From positions 10,544,243 through 10,608,242 of the forward strand of contig CAVNZM010000009.1 in assembly GCA_963693365.1 (NCBI GenBank): a stretch of DNA of 64,000 bases, given 5' to 3'. Shown here piece by piece: positions 39,499 through 59,912 of the stretch. The notes under the pieces are model-generated. The model did no database searches, was not told the origin of the DNA, and was given only the letters and a program-made list of their open reading frames with translations. Position 1 is the stretch's first letter; each line of letters opens with the position of its first letter. Made by a program: the position numbers and the translations under genes. This DNA comes from Amoebidium appalachense (lineage: Eukaryota; Protista; Ichthyosporea).

Positions 39499-40692
39499 AC
39501 ACGTGAATGGACTTGCCTAGTAGTGGTATTTGTTTTGCGCTGGTATTTGTATTGCCTGGACGAGCACAAGTGTGTGTGTTTGTGGGTTTGTTTGTGGGCG
39601 GGTGGGGGAGACAGAGTACGTATGCGTGCGTGCGTGCGTGCACGTGCGCGTGTGCGCGTGTTTGCCCGTGCGCGTGTGTCTGTTGTTGTTTGTGTGTTTT
39701 TGCACAGACATGACACGTACGTTGGGCATTCACCATACAGATGTCACAGGTGAGGCAATCTGGAAGGAATGAAGTTTTTGAACGCTCGTGTGAATGACTT
39801 GTCACAGATTGTATCACGGCGGCATCCCTGCCTGTGTGAATGGTTGTGCACCTGAGCTCAATACATGTAAATGTGTTTTCCACTGTAAGCGTGTGTTTGT
39901 CCAATCAGAACGGTGTTGGGATTATTAACCCAATGTGATGAAATTCACCACAGAGGGAGTGCCGTCGTCGGGATGACCATAATGCATGGGGGATTTCAAG
40001 GCTCAATCAAGCTCCGAGGTTTGCGCAGGGAAGGCCCCATCAATGCAGATTAATGAGCCAATCAAAACGCGCTGTTAAAGATTATCCTGTCATGCTGTTG
40101 GGGTTGTTCTGATCGGGGAAAGTTTGGTTTGTGTTGTTATTATTATCAATACCAATATTACCAATAGTTAAGTTTACATGCGGAAGCAGTATGTGCACCC
40201 AGGGTTGGGTATCTTACTTGTGGGAATGCGAATCCGCACCTAAGCCTGCATTGATGTCCACAGATCATACAACACGTTACACACGTACACAAAACACTTG
40301 GCAAGCAGACACATTCACATAGGTCAACACACTGGTATACGTCTGAATCTGCCAACACATGCACGTCCGTACACCCATCAGACTATAGATATATCATTGG
40401 ACAGACGTGTGTGTTCGCACACAGAGAAAACACAGCTGCATTTTCACTTTTACTATGTTTCCCTTGTGGCACTGATATCGCATGATATTATTTGATTTCA
40501 GCGGCTGTGGAATAGGACTGGTCTCTATTTTGCTTTTTTTTTGTGTGTGTTATTCTGTCTCATTAATTATTGTATTGTTACCTGCAAGACTTGTAGCATG
40601 TGTTCAGTGACATTCATTTGCCAATATATTCTTCCGGTTGGCAAGCCCAGTTACCAATGTCTATTCCATGCATTTATCATGTTGAGTTGGTG

Positions 40693-40759
<67 letters not shown>

Positions 40760-41073
40760 CTTAAGCTCCCCCTCCCCCAAACGCACGCACGCACGCACGT
40801 GCCCACCACACCAAGTTACCCCCTCCACACCACCGGCCATTTTGCACCACCACAGTAACACACAAACACACACGCACATGCACGCACATGCAAATGCGCA
40901 CACAATATAGCCACCCGTCGACTTCTATTCTTCCGCCCCAAATTCCCGATCCGTACACCCCCAAAACAAGTCTCTCGTAGCATTTTCTACACTAGAGCTA
41001 GGCAACCAAAAATCCAAATTCTCAATATACAAACCCCGTAATTTCATCATGTCTAACCAACAGTGACCCCCCC

Positions 41074-41104
<31 letters not shown>

Positions 41105-41516
41105 ACACTGTACACACAGGGGGAGGATGGTGTGTGCGAGGATCATTTGTCAAACATGATACCGAAGGCTGAGCTTCTATATATCTATTTAGCGCTGCTC
41201 AGAAGTAACTTAGCTTAATCAAATCGTACGTACACATTTTCATACCGTATCATTACAGAGCTTATTACTCCTTACTCTATATTATACTCGTTCGTCCATT
41301 CTCCGTGCATCACCTACTAGCCTACTAGCCCATGCTACTACTACAGTTTATTACTCCAACGATACATTCATATCACATTCATATCACCTAGCTCACCAAA
41401 CACATGAAATATCATGTGTGCAGGCCCCCCTTTTTATGAAAAGAACAAGTGCACGTGCCATGTCTATATACAGGGCCAAATCATCTGGTGCCTGCCTAAA
41501 CCTGCGTGTCTGTACA

Positions 41517-41616
<100 letters not shown>

Positions 41617-41689
41617 TTGTATTTTTTAGTGTGTAAATGTGCACGTGTGCGTGTATTTGGGTGATGCCGCAATACTCAGGGTAATACCC

Positions 41690-44905
<3,216 letters not shown>

Positions 44906-45280
44906 TCCGTGCATGTGTGTCACAGTGTGTGCGTGCGGGGTGTGGGTGCGGGTATGTGTACGTGTGTGTGCGCGTGTGCGATTAAATCCATGACGTGCGT
45001 GTGCGCCCCGCGTCGTCTGTGTGTGCGTGGCTGTATCCGTTCCGTGTCCGGTGAATGCATGTGGTGTGTGTACGGTACAGGTGCTCGAAGAAATTCAGTG
45101 TGATGTGTACGGAAGGTTCGCCGGGTGCTTGCTGCCGCGTACATAGGCCCGTGCGCTTCTATGAATGTGCGTGCCTCTAGGTGCATTCTTGCATTCGCAC
45201 AGTCACCCTTGAGTATGCCACTGTTTTGCCACATCATGTGGCTGGAGGGCACACACATACACGCGCACGCACGCACACAC

Positions 45281-45342
<62 letters not shown>

Positions 45343-45355
45343 GCGCACACACGCA

Positions 45356-45387
<32 letters not shown>

Positions 45388-45444
45388 CATGCCGCACTTG
45401 AACCGTTAGATGTGCATCCCTCCCCCCCCCCCCCCCCCCACACG

Positions 45445-45498
<54 letters not shown>

Positions 45499-45499
45499 A

Positions 45500-45556
<57 letters not shown>

Positions 45557-46155
45557 CTGCATGTACACACACACACACACATGGCCTGCAGGGCACATAA
45601 GTCAATGATCGCTGTGCACCAGGAGGGGGAAGCAGGCAGGGGGGTGGGGAGGGTGGCGGGGGGAGGGGGGCGGGGGGGAGGGGCCGGGGAGGGGGGGGGG
45701 AGGGGGGGAGGGGGGGAGGGGAGGGGGAGAGGGGCTGAGGTTCAAAGGCGCACTGCATACCGTGATACCAAGATGTATATATTTTTCTCCCTTGCAATTC
45801 CCTGCGCAACACTACAGTATGGTGACACTGTGCATTACAACAGACTATGTACATGATCAAGAACGAACAAGTAGCTCAGTTAACAAACAGCGTCTCACAC
45901 CATAAATGACTCAAGCAGCCTAAACTTTTGCCAACTAAACAGCAACCTACCTGTTTCTGCATTGCCACAAACTTCTATTTCTACGACTTAGTAATATGCA
46001 TATGGGTTCACATCACCCATTGAATTATTTCAACCTTTTCCAACCACTACCAACAGCTAAGGAATACACCGCTCTCCACCTTCAGACAAAAGACTTTCGT
46101 GACACTAGTCACCGTCACATTTTTCCTACCATTAAACTATTACCTCCTACACATC

Positions 46156-48777
46156 TCACAGTGCCGTAGCCAGGGGCATACTCGGATATTCCTGCGCTAT
46201 GGCATACGTCTTGCCATTAGCAATCACCCGCCAGTTAGAGGGGCTAGTAATAGGAAGCTGATAGCTCAGAGTCCACGTCTTGCTACCCCCTGCAGCCAAA
46301 TTCACCGCCCAGTTCTTAATCTGCAGCGTGTGGAAATTTCCCCTGAGCCCCCCCACGTTGTTGCCCGTATGGCCGGATTTGGTAACTGAAATTTCTCCGT
46401 TTGTCTCTTCAACGTTATCGGGTGCAGATGTTCCCACCTGGAATTGAATAATCGCGTTGCTAATTGCAAATTTTCCATTGTTCTTGATAGTCATCTTGGG
46501 TGAAATGGGGTAGGCTTCATCCCCTTAACCCATCCGCTAAACGTCACCGTAACATTAAGGGCCGAAGCGGGTACGGGGCCGCTGGTCTCGTCTGCGACGG
46601 AGTTACCATATGGGGATGCACTCTTAAAGGCATTAGCCATAACAGTGGTTTAGGTGTCCCCCTGAAAGTATTCTCCCGTTTTGCTCTTGCACGCCTGCTG
46701 GGTGGGGTCAACGGCGCCGCGTGTGCCATCCGCGTTGGTAAAATAGCACGAATAGTCCCCGGCCATCTCCCAGATCATCAGACCCCCTACCCCCTTGTTG
46801 ATGACGTACTGAGCTTTGGTACCAATGCTCTCTTCATCCTCTGTGGCCAAGAACACCTTGGTGTCGGCGTTGAAAAGCCACGGGGCAACAGCGATATTAT
46901 CGTAGTAGCGTGTATATGTTCCCTTAAGCACAGTGGCGTTAAGGCGGAACAGAGGAAGGTAGCTTGGTGCGGTATTAACCTCTAGATTCTTAGCATGCCA
47001 CATGGGGTTACTTCCATCGTATTGTTCGTTTCCTTGAGAATCTAGATCGTGCCAGATGTTGTCTATACCTCCTGCACCGCTACCGCACTCGTTCTTGTCT
47101 CCGCCTGTACCGGGCAGGCACTGGGTCTGGTTCGGCAGGATCACAGACCTGCATGTAGGAGGGTGAGATTTTTCTCTTTCCCTATTTCTTTCCAAATTGA
47201 GAGGCGGGAGGCGTGGTGGGGGGGAGGGGGTGGGGGGGAGGATGGGGAGGGCCCTTAGTTTGGGAACGGGGTTATGGAAGTGAGGGGAACTCGAGGGAGG
47301 GGGGTGGGGAGGGGAGGGGGGAGGGGAGAGTGGGGGGAGGGGGGAGGTGAAAAGGGGGGAGGTACGTTCACGTCTGTATGAGTGGACTCAGTAGTACGTA
47401 AGATCTACTTTAGATATGTGGAGACTGGATAACCTGTGTGTTTGAATAGAAATGTGGGGAGATGTTTGTGTGATGCCCGGGGGGGAAGAAGAGGGGGGGA
47501 AGGAGATGCGGGCCCTCCTGAATAAAGTTGTAACGGTAATGATTCATTGGGGGCATTTGGATAACGGATTTTTTTTTTTTTTCGTTTATGCTGGGGGAGG
47601 ATAATTGGGTAACCGGGATTGAGGGGGGGAGGGGAAGGGGAAGGGGGGGGGGGGGGGGGGGGGGAGCAGTAAAGGTATCGTGTTTAAGCACTTACCGTTT
47701 GTGCCACCCACAACATTCTGCCAGCCACGTGTGTAGTAGGGCACACCAATATTGATCCTGCCTGCCGCCATAGCGCCTCTGAAGTAGTGGTAGCCCCAGT
47801 CGGCATTGAGGTACCCGTAGCCCTTGTACTGGCGGGTGCTGTAAACGTCCCAGTTTTTGAGTTCCGCATCTAGACCCTGGGGGGGGGGGGGGGGGGGGAG
47901 GGGAGGGGAGGGAGAGGCAAGAGGAGAAGGGGTTAAGTTGTGTTGGGTGAGGGTTTATGACTGCAGGGTCTATGGCAGCTGGGTGTAGTGTGCATATATA
48001 AGGGTCTATGGCAGCTGGGTGTAGTGTGCATATATAAGGGTCTATGGCAGCTGGGTGTAGTGTGCATATATAAGGGTCTATGGCAGCTGGGTGTAGTGTG
48101 CATATATAAGGGTCTATGGCAGCTGGGTGTAGTGTGCATATATAAGGGTCGATGGCAGCTGGGTGCAGTGTGCATATATAAGGGTCGATGGCAGCTGGGT
48201 GTAGTGTGCATATATAAGGGTCTGTGGCAGCTGGGTGTAGTGTGCATATATAAGGGTCTGTGGCAGCTGGGTGTAGTGTGCATATATAAGGGTCTATGGC
48301 AGCTGGGTGTAGTGTGCATATATAAGGGTCTATGGCAGCTGGGTGTAGTGTGCATATATAAGGGTCTATGGCAGCTGGGTGTAGTGTGCATATATAAGGG
48401 TCTATGGCAGCTGGGTGTAGTGTGCATATATAAGGGTCTATGGCAGCTGGGTGTAGTGTGCATATATAAGGGTCTATGGCAGCTGGGTGTAGTGTGCATA
48501 TATGTGATATGGTCATAGAGCTCAAAGAGGGGATGGGATGGGGTTGGGGGAGAGGACAGGAGTGGGGCGGGGTGGGTGGGTGGGTGGGTGGGTGGGTGGG
48601 TGGGTGGGTGGGTGGGTGGGTGGGTGGGTGGGTGTGGGTGGGTGGGGGGAGGGCTTGAGGTGGTTGACAGGCAAGGAGGGGTCAGGAAGGTAGAGTACCG
48701 TACCGACTGCACAGCTACACAGTCCCTTTTTTGTCTTTACGCTTTTTTGTTTTTTTCTCGGGGAGGGGGGAGGGGGG

Positions 48778-48845
<68 letters not shown>

Positions 48846-48962
48846 CGGCTGGCTGGCTGCAGAAAGGCTCGAAGGTGCAAGAGCATGTAGGCAGATTTCT
48901 GCAAAGCAGTACGGGGTTTTGTGACCATCGGTTTTTTTTTTTGTTTTTTTTTTGGGGTGGGG

Positions 48963-49011
<49 letters not shown>

Positions 49012-49193
49012 GAGGGGGGGGGGAGGGTAGGTATTGTGAGCCAGAGACAGGGAGATGCAAAAGCGAAAACACAAAGGAGAGAGCACGGGCTCGGATAGAT
49101 GGTTGGAAAAATGAGGGGTTGAGGGGGGGGGGGGGGGGAGAGGAGAAAGGGAAAGGTGTGTGTGTGTATGTGGGTGGTGGTGGTGCTGTGTGT

Positions 49194-49242
<49 letters not shown>

Positions 49243-49367
49243 GGGGGGATGCTTACTGTGTCATAGAGGGCACCCAGGTGGCCCACAAACTTGTTCCAGC
49301 TCTGTGGAGAGGGGGTGGCTGTGAGCGCCCAATTAACCCATAAGGCTATATGGCTGTCGAGTCCTTC

Positions 49368-49401
<34 letters not shown>

Positions 49402-49758
49402 ACACACACCCCCTCACAACCACCCACCTCCGCCCCTCCACCCCCCTCCCCCCTCCCCCCTCGCCCCCCCAACCAAAAAAAAAAGAAAAAGGCTTGAAAA
49501 GAAAAACAAAAAACAAAACAGGCCCCCGAGCCACTCCACCGCTGCCTTTGTCAATTTTCAGTTGCCCTTACTTTGCTCCTTGCCCTTCCCTTTATGTCTG
49601 TGGCATTGTGTTGTTATGGGTAGGAGTCATGGGAGAGCGCGGCAAGGGGATATATAATTTCATGGAATACGTACGTGTTGCCCGATTTTCTTTTTTTTTA
49701 GGGGGAGGAGGGGTGGGTGGTGTTGGGGGATGGCTGGGTGGATGGGGGGATGGGGGGA

Positions 49759-49799
<41 letters not shown>

Positions 49800-50430
49800 G
49801 AGTGGGTGGGTGGGTGGGGGCTACATACGCCGTGCAGATCATAGGTCATGAGGTTGACAAAGTCCAAATACTGGGTGACTTCCCACAGTTGAGCCCCACG
49901 CAGCAAAAAGCCGCTAGCGGGGGCAGCAATAGAAAGGAGATAGTGTTTGCCGTCCTGGGCACCAGCTACATCGAGTTTTGCTCTGAGTGTTTTCATCATT
50001 TCGATGTATGTTTTGAAAAGAACAGACCGGCGTGAGTTGCTGACGGAGAAATCTGTCGGGTTGCCCACGTCTTGATTGTTGATTGGATATTCGTAGTCGA
50101 TATCCAACCCGTCGAGTTTGTATTTGCGCAAAAATTCAACCGCGCTGTCAGCAAAAGTGTTGATGCCCACAGTATTAACGGTAAGGTCTCTGTTGGTGGT
50201 CATGGTGTAGAACCCCCCCGGAACGTATTTTCCGGCCACATCGTCGAAGAAACCCCCCGTCTCGGCCCAGCCACCTACGGAGATGATGGTCTTGACGCGG
50301 GGGTATTTGGTCTTAATGGTGGCTAGTTGGCCAAAGTGGCCCTTAAACCCGAGAGTGGGGTCTACGGCGGTGCCGGGGTATTGGGGGCCAACAGCGGGGT
50401 TCTTGGGGTTGCTGATGTCACCAATGGAGA

Positions 50431-50501
<71 letters not shown>

Positions 50502-51809
50502 GGGGGAGGAGGGGAGGGGGAGGAGGGGAGGGGGAGAGGAGGGGAGGGAGGGGGGGGAGGGGAGGGTGAGTGAGCGCGTGCGAGCGCGCAGGTGTGCAAG
50601 CGCACATTCGGGCGTATGTGTGTGGTAGCGGCAGCCTTAGTGGTTAACGATGTGGCGTAATGTTTGTTAATAGGAGTATTACGGCAAAATGATTAATGTC
50701 ATGTAGATGGGATTTATTTAGAGGGGAGAGGAGGTTCGGTAGCAAGTCACAACACACACCCTGCAATCACTTAGTGGCGTTGTTATTGTGTGTTTGCTTC
50801 GGGCAAGGTCTTTCTTTTTCTTCTTTTCGGTCTTTCTTTTTCTTCTTTTCTCATTTATTTTATTTATTTTATTTTAATTTTTTATTTTAATTTTTTATTA
50901 AATCGTGGGGAGGAGGAGGGGAGGGAAATGAGGGAGGGAGAGTGGGAGGCAAGGAAGGGGAGCGTGGGGAGAACATATACGGGGTGGGTGTGAAAAGTGG
51001 GGCCTCATTGCGCCGATAACTCCATAAATGAGGAAGAATAGTGCCGTATAACGGTAGTTAAATTTCGGGAAAGACCTTACAAAAAGAAAGTCAAGCAAAA
51101 ATGAATCGCAAAACAAGTACAACTACGGACGGTCAATACATAGAAGCACAATGAACAAGAGCACTAGTGCAAACGGTACCTTGTTGTCTGCACCCACGTG
51201 TGCAAATGCATAGTTGATGTGAGTCATCTTATCCCAGGGCAGGTTGTCAGGAAAGTACGCCGGCGTGCCATCCTCGCCTGTGCGCCAGCTTGCAAAGTAG
51301 CCAATGATGCGTCGGCAAAGCCCGTTAGCCAATAGCTCGCGGCCATTGGTGTCGTACACGCTGCAATAGGGCACATCGATGCCCGGGGTGCGGTAGAGTC
51401 CCTCTGGGCGGCACATTTCATGCACGTAGGAAGAGGTGGGTGTAGGGGCAGCACTGCTTGTAGTGGTGGTGGTGGTAGTAGTGGTGGTGGCGGCGGTTTT
51501 GGTGGTGGGTTTGATTGTGGTTGTGGTAGCAGAGGGTGTGGTGGTGGTTGCTGCAGCACGTGTTGTTGTCGTTGTGGTGGTGGGCTTTGTTGTAGTCGTA
51601 GTGGTGTTGGGGACCACAGCACCACAGCTGTCTCTGAGCTCACAGTACATGGGGTAGATGCAGTTGATACTCTGGCAGTAGGCGTCGTTGACCCCGGGAA
51701 GGGTAACACCTGCCTTCACACAGCACACCTGAGCGGCCCTTGGCTGCAGCGCCACTCCTTGAACGGAGGCGGCCGCCGCCAGAACGGCGACAGAAGCAGC
51801 CACAGACAT
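46156..51809 (-). pseudogene. Bacterial-type GH18 chitinase with ChiC-like C-terminal domain; five exons, last exon disrupted
   Basis: Exons 51809-51180, 50431-49829, 49301-49257, 47876-47696, 47148-46156. Signal peptide, Cys-rich module, Thr linker, CRPEGLYRTPGIDVPYC...RRIIGYFASWR, SVGGWAE, catalytic DGLDIDYEYP, MTYDLHG, MIWEMAGDY, and C-terminal GHTGNNVGGLRGNFH. Lesions at ~47141 (frameshift), 46650-46652 (TAA) and ~46521-46524 (one G missing). Confidence 0.9.
47965..48503. repeat. 36-bp minisatellite, 15 units, in chitinase intron 3
   Basis: Unit AGGGTCTATGGCAGCTGGGTGTAGTGTGCATATATA head-to-tail, with a few point variants in adjacent pairs and no spacers. Confidence 0.95.
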
Positions 51810-53363
51810 TGTAAATGTGTATGTGTGTGTGTGGTATAGGGAAAAGGAGTGGGTTGTGTGTTTGGTTTGATGGATGTGGGTTGCTTTTGTGCAGGACACA
51901 GTGGGTTTTGGGTAGCGCTGGATGGCAACGGCCGGGGAGCGGACGGGTCATGTGATGATTGGTAGATTGATGTAGCCAATCGATATGTAGATCATATAAG
52001 CATGGTACATACCAATGTTTTCCCCTCCCCTGCGCCGCCCACTGCGCCGCCCCGGCTTGCGGGCAGTATGTGCGTACACACAAGGTCACTAGTGCTCTAA
52101 ACCATCAAATAATCAGAACTTTTATGTGATACGGACTATCCAAATCACGTTTTTGTTGAAAAATAGGGCCGTGGCGGGAAGTGGGCTCACATTATCACTC
52201 CATCATGTTCATGATCAGATCTACGTGATCTAGGCGAAGTATCCAGTATTTTCAATTTCATGGCTATTTTTACACATGAAATTTGGTCCCATTACAACAA
52301 TTTTCTGACCGGGAAGCTTTAGATGCAAAAGAAGAGAGGCAAAGGATCGTTCTACCACTACAACCCGGTTGTATTAGGTAGTATGATTATGTTAGGACTC
52401 AGGATCTTCAAAGTCTAGACTAGCATTCCGATGGCAACCAAGATTGGTCTTCAACTATACGTTTTGTTGATTGGACATCGGTCATCCAATCGATAGCTAG
52501 ATCGAATCAATCTGCAGATTCGAATTCCACTTCTGTTTCAGTGTTTCTGGTTGCGTCCACCTACATACTGTCCACCATATATGCATGTCTTTTTTGTAAT
52601 TAAACACTTGTAGCTGTGCTCTGAATTAAGTAATTTAAGCACTAGCAGGCATTATCTTTATACCTGACTTAAATAAGCTCATAAATTTTAAGCGGCCACT
52701 TCACATATTTATGCAGTATGCACCGGTACCAGCCCGCGAGGGCCCCGGGTTTGGACTCGGAGTGAGCCAGATCTGCGCCTGTGTTTGTTTAAAGGTGTGT
52801 GGCACGGTGTATTTGCCAATGTGACGCGTATATGGTGTGTTTGTGTATATGCCTATGCCTGTGTGTAACAGTGATCTTCCTTGTGTTTGTCCAGCACAAT
52901 GCAGGTCACGCCGTGCACGTGTAGTATGCGTGTACACGTGCGCTGAGTCAGTGTGTGTGCGTGTCCGTGCCTGTGTGGCTTGCAGCGGTGCACCTTAAAA
53001 AACTAAAAAACGTGTGTCCGCTAGCATTCATGCAGGCCTGCTTATAGTAGATAGATAGGCCCATCATCCACCCGGTGACAAGCGGAATTATCCTACACCA
53101 TGAGAAGCATTCATCAGCGCTGCAGCGGAATTATTCTGCAAACATGTAGCAGTGCATGTAGATACATCAGCTGCAGGTTACTACATGTTCTGCGCAGAAT
53201 GATTCCGACTCTTCCGCCGTCGACGTGATCATGGCATAGTAGTAATCATCTCGATTTGCGATCAGCTATTGCGCTCTACAGACAATTGTCTCGTGACACA
53301 GGGACTATATACATATATGGGGAGAGCATGCTAACAGAGATTCTAGATTTGGAAGGCGGGGGG

Positions 53364-53401
<38 letters not shown>

Positions 53402-53449
53402 AGGGGAAGGGGGAGGGAGCTGGGAGGGAGAAAGAGGGGGGGGGGGAGG

Positions 53450-53500
<51 letters not shown>

Positions 53501-53502
53501 AG

Positions 53503-53564
<62 letters not shown>

Positions 53565-53757
53565 CCTTGGAGTTCTAGAGAGAGGTGATTGCCGCCGCCG
53601 CCTCCACCACTCAACCAGTTTGTGGTGGATCATCATTGTCAGAGTGTTTAATACTTACTACATACATACGGTTTTCCCAACATATATGTACTTTGGCGGC
53701 GGTGGTGGGTGGGTCATGTGATCACGGGGGTGTGCCTGGGGGGCGGGGCGGGCGGGG

Positions 53758-53803
<46 letters not shown>

Positions 53804-54002
53804 TCCGAGGGGGAGGGGAGGGAGGGAGAGGTGGGCTAACTAAGCAAAAAGAAGGTGTAATAAAAAAGGAGATGCACACGGCTTTTAACTAACTATGTAC
53901 TTAAAGAGAGCATAGAATGTTTTCATCCATAACCATTGATGGATGATATTATAAATGTGTGTGTGTACATGTGTGTGTGTGCGCGCGTGAGTGTGTGTGC
54001 GT

Positions 54003-54035
<33 letters not shown>

Positions 54036-54048
54036 GGTCTCCCCCCCC

Positions 54049-54129
<81 letters not shown>

Positions 54130-54164
54130 TGTGTGTACGTGTGTGTCTACTATGGGGGGGAGGG

Positions 54165-54525
54165 AAGGGCCCAAGCACATCGGCAGAATCAATTGCAAAA
54201 CGCAGAATTATTCTGCCAAAGCGGAGTTATTGTGCAAAAAGCAGAATCATTCTGCAAAAGCAGAATCACATTGCGTTTAGCAGATTTATTTTGCTTTTAG
54301 CAGAACTTCTCCGAAAAAAGCAGATTTATTCTACTTTCGACGGCAAAATAATTATGCTTCTAGCAGAATTAGTCTGCATTTAGCAGAATGAATCTAATTC
54401 TAGCAGATTGATTCTGCTGTTTGCAAATGCAGTTGCAGATTCATTCTGGGGTTTTAGCAGAATTATTCTGCTTTTGCAGGATAATGCTCGGAGCAAGTTG
54501 ACTCGGCCGATGTGGTTGGGCCCTG
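54165..54525. mobile_element. hAT-like MITE filled with ~14 palindromic GCAGAATNATTCTGC units
   Basis: ~31-bp TIRs (AGGGCCCAAGCACATCGGCAGAATCAATTGC vs rev-comp CAGGGCCCAACCACATCGGCCGAGTCAACTTGC); 8-bp flanks GGGGAGGG / AGGGAGGG (7/8 match). Confidence 0.75.
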
Positions 54526-54946
54526 AGGGAGGGCCGGGACCTGAGGGAGGCGAAGGGTAGGGGAGGGGGTGGCTGGACACTAGCCAGTATTAAGGGTCGA
54601 AGCCACTGGATGATCAACACAGAGCATTTATTATTACTACACATCAGATGTTTATGCACTTCGAACAAAAAAGGCTGACATACAGGTCGAACATTCGGAG
54701 CTCTATGCACCTGATGTTATGGCACCAAGGTGATATCCCGTAAAAACCCCTCCATACTAGAGACTACCTTTAAAAATTTCAATTAGACAGCGCAAGTCCC
54801 CCATACATCGGGTGGTAAATGTACACATCTTTATCTATGCTAAGAAATAGCGATCTCAAATTAACCACAAGTAGAAACATTTAAAAGAATAAATTATTCA
54901 TGTTGAATCAACCCATCTTGTCCGAAATTTCACGCAATTTCAGACC

Positions 54947-58854
<3,908 letters not shown>

Positions 58855-59749
58855 GGTGTGTGTGTGTACGGTGAGGTCCGGAAGAATCCTTATGCGAATG
58901 GCAGATGGGTGGGGTCAGCGTAGTACTGGACCCATACGGTGACATGGAACATCAGTAGAAAGTGTCGTAGCTGAGGTGCCCGAAAGCGTGTGTGCCGCGT
59001 TCGTGGCAGTTGTGGTGTGCTTAGCAGCGTGGTAGGGCGCGTGTGCAAGGTGCGGTATATTGCATGTATATGCACTTGTGCTCGTTATAGTGGTTAACGT
59101 GGTACCTGTCAGCTAGTAAAGCTGGCAAGCTTTGCTCGGGTGGCTGTGTGCGTATTGTTACGGCGGCCTTTGCGAGGGACGTATATGGCAGTGTCACAAA
59201 ACTCAAGTATGTAAGTAAGTACTGAACAAAAAGAAATGTAGGAAGACTTGTGAATCTTGCTCCTTGTTCACCTTCACAACGCATCTGGCGTGGATGTGTC
59301 TATCTACGTCCTAACAGGGGGTTTTGTGTTCATAAAAACGAGTCACTCGGATCCCGGGAGTCCGAGGTGCCGGACGGAGTGACGTGAATTCATTGTTCAA
59401 GATCTCCGGAGACGGTCTGAAGAGCGATGTATAAATACCGCAAGTATTTCGTACCAAGGTGCGACTCACGGACATACAAAGATCATCGGATGAAGAAAGG
59501 TAGGGAAAAGAGAGTTTAGATTATCTACAGAGGCATTTCTTTTTTGTGAAATAATGTTTATTATAATAGGCGATGAATCAATAACGCTTATATTTGATCC
59601 AATATGTACTATTTTGGGGACTTCAAGTTTCCTACATTGGTGACCGCCACTGACATGACCATATGCATGGCCATGTTGCATTCATCCGATTCATATGGAA
59701 TGGAATGCACCAAATTTACACTACTCGCATGCCTCAGTGCGTACCAGTG

Positions 59750-59912
59750 TTTTAATTGGTTCTAACATGAACCAGATTTGTCCTAGGGAACGGATATCAT
59801 TGGCTGAAAAGGGTTTCGTGACGTCATGATTTCAGAAGAACACCTGATTGGCTAGTTTCTCACCACTGTTTACATTCCAGAGCAACATGGTCATCTAAAT
59901 GGCCTGCTATAA
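59750..59912. promoter_or_regulatory. Promoter-like cluster (3 x ATTGG/CCAAT, TGACGTCA, TATAAG)
   Basis: ATTGG at ~59755, 59799 and 59846; CRE palindrome at ~59819; TATAAG at ~59908. Target transcript unknown. Confidence 0.3.

Noticed and set aside
39901-40116. Possible C/D snoRNA or small MITE (GTGATGA...CTGA, 11-bp inverted ends)
   Set aside because: Short motifs only; no recognisable guide sequence or TSD.
47141-47143. TGA=Trp recoding at the chitinase GLW position
   Set aside because: Read-through would still be out of frame; other Trp codons are TGG and Ku80 ends in TGA.
47965-48503. 36-bp repeat as a CRISPR array
   Set aside because: Units are directly adjacent with no unique spacers, no cas genes, and the context is a eukaryotic intron.
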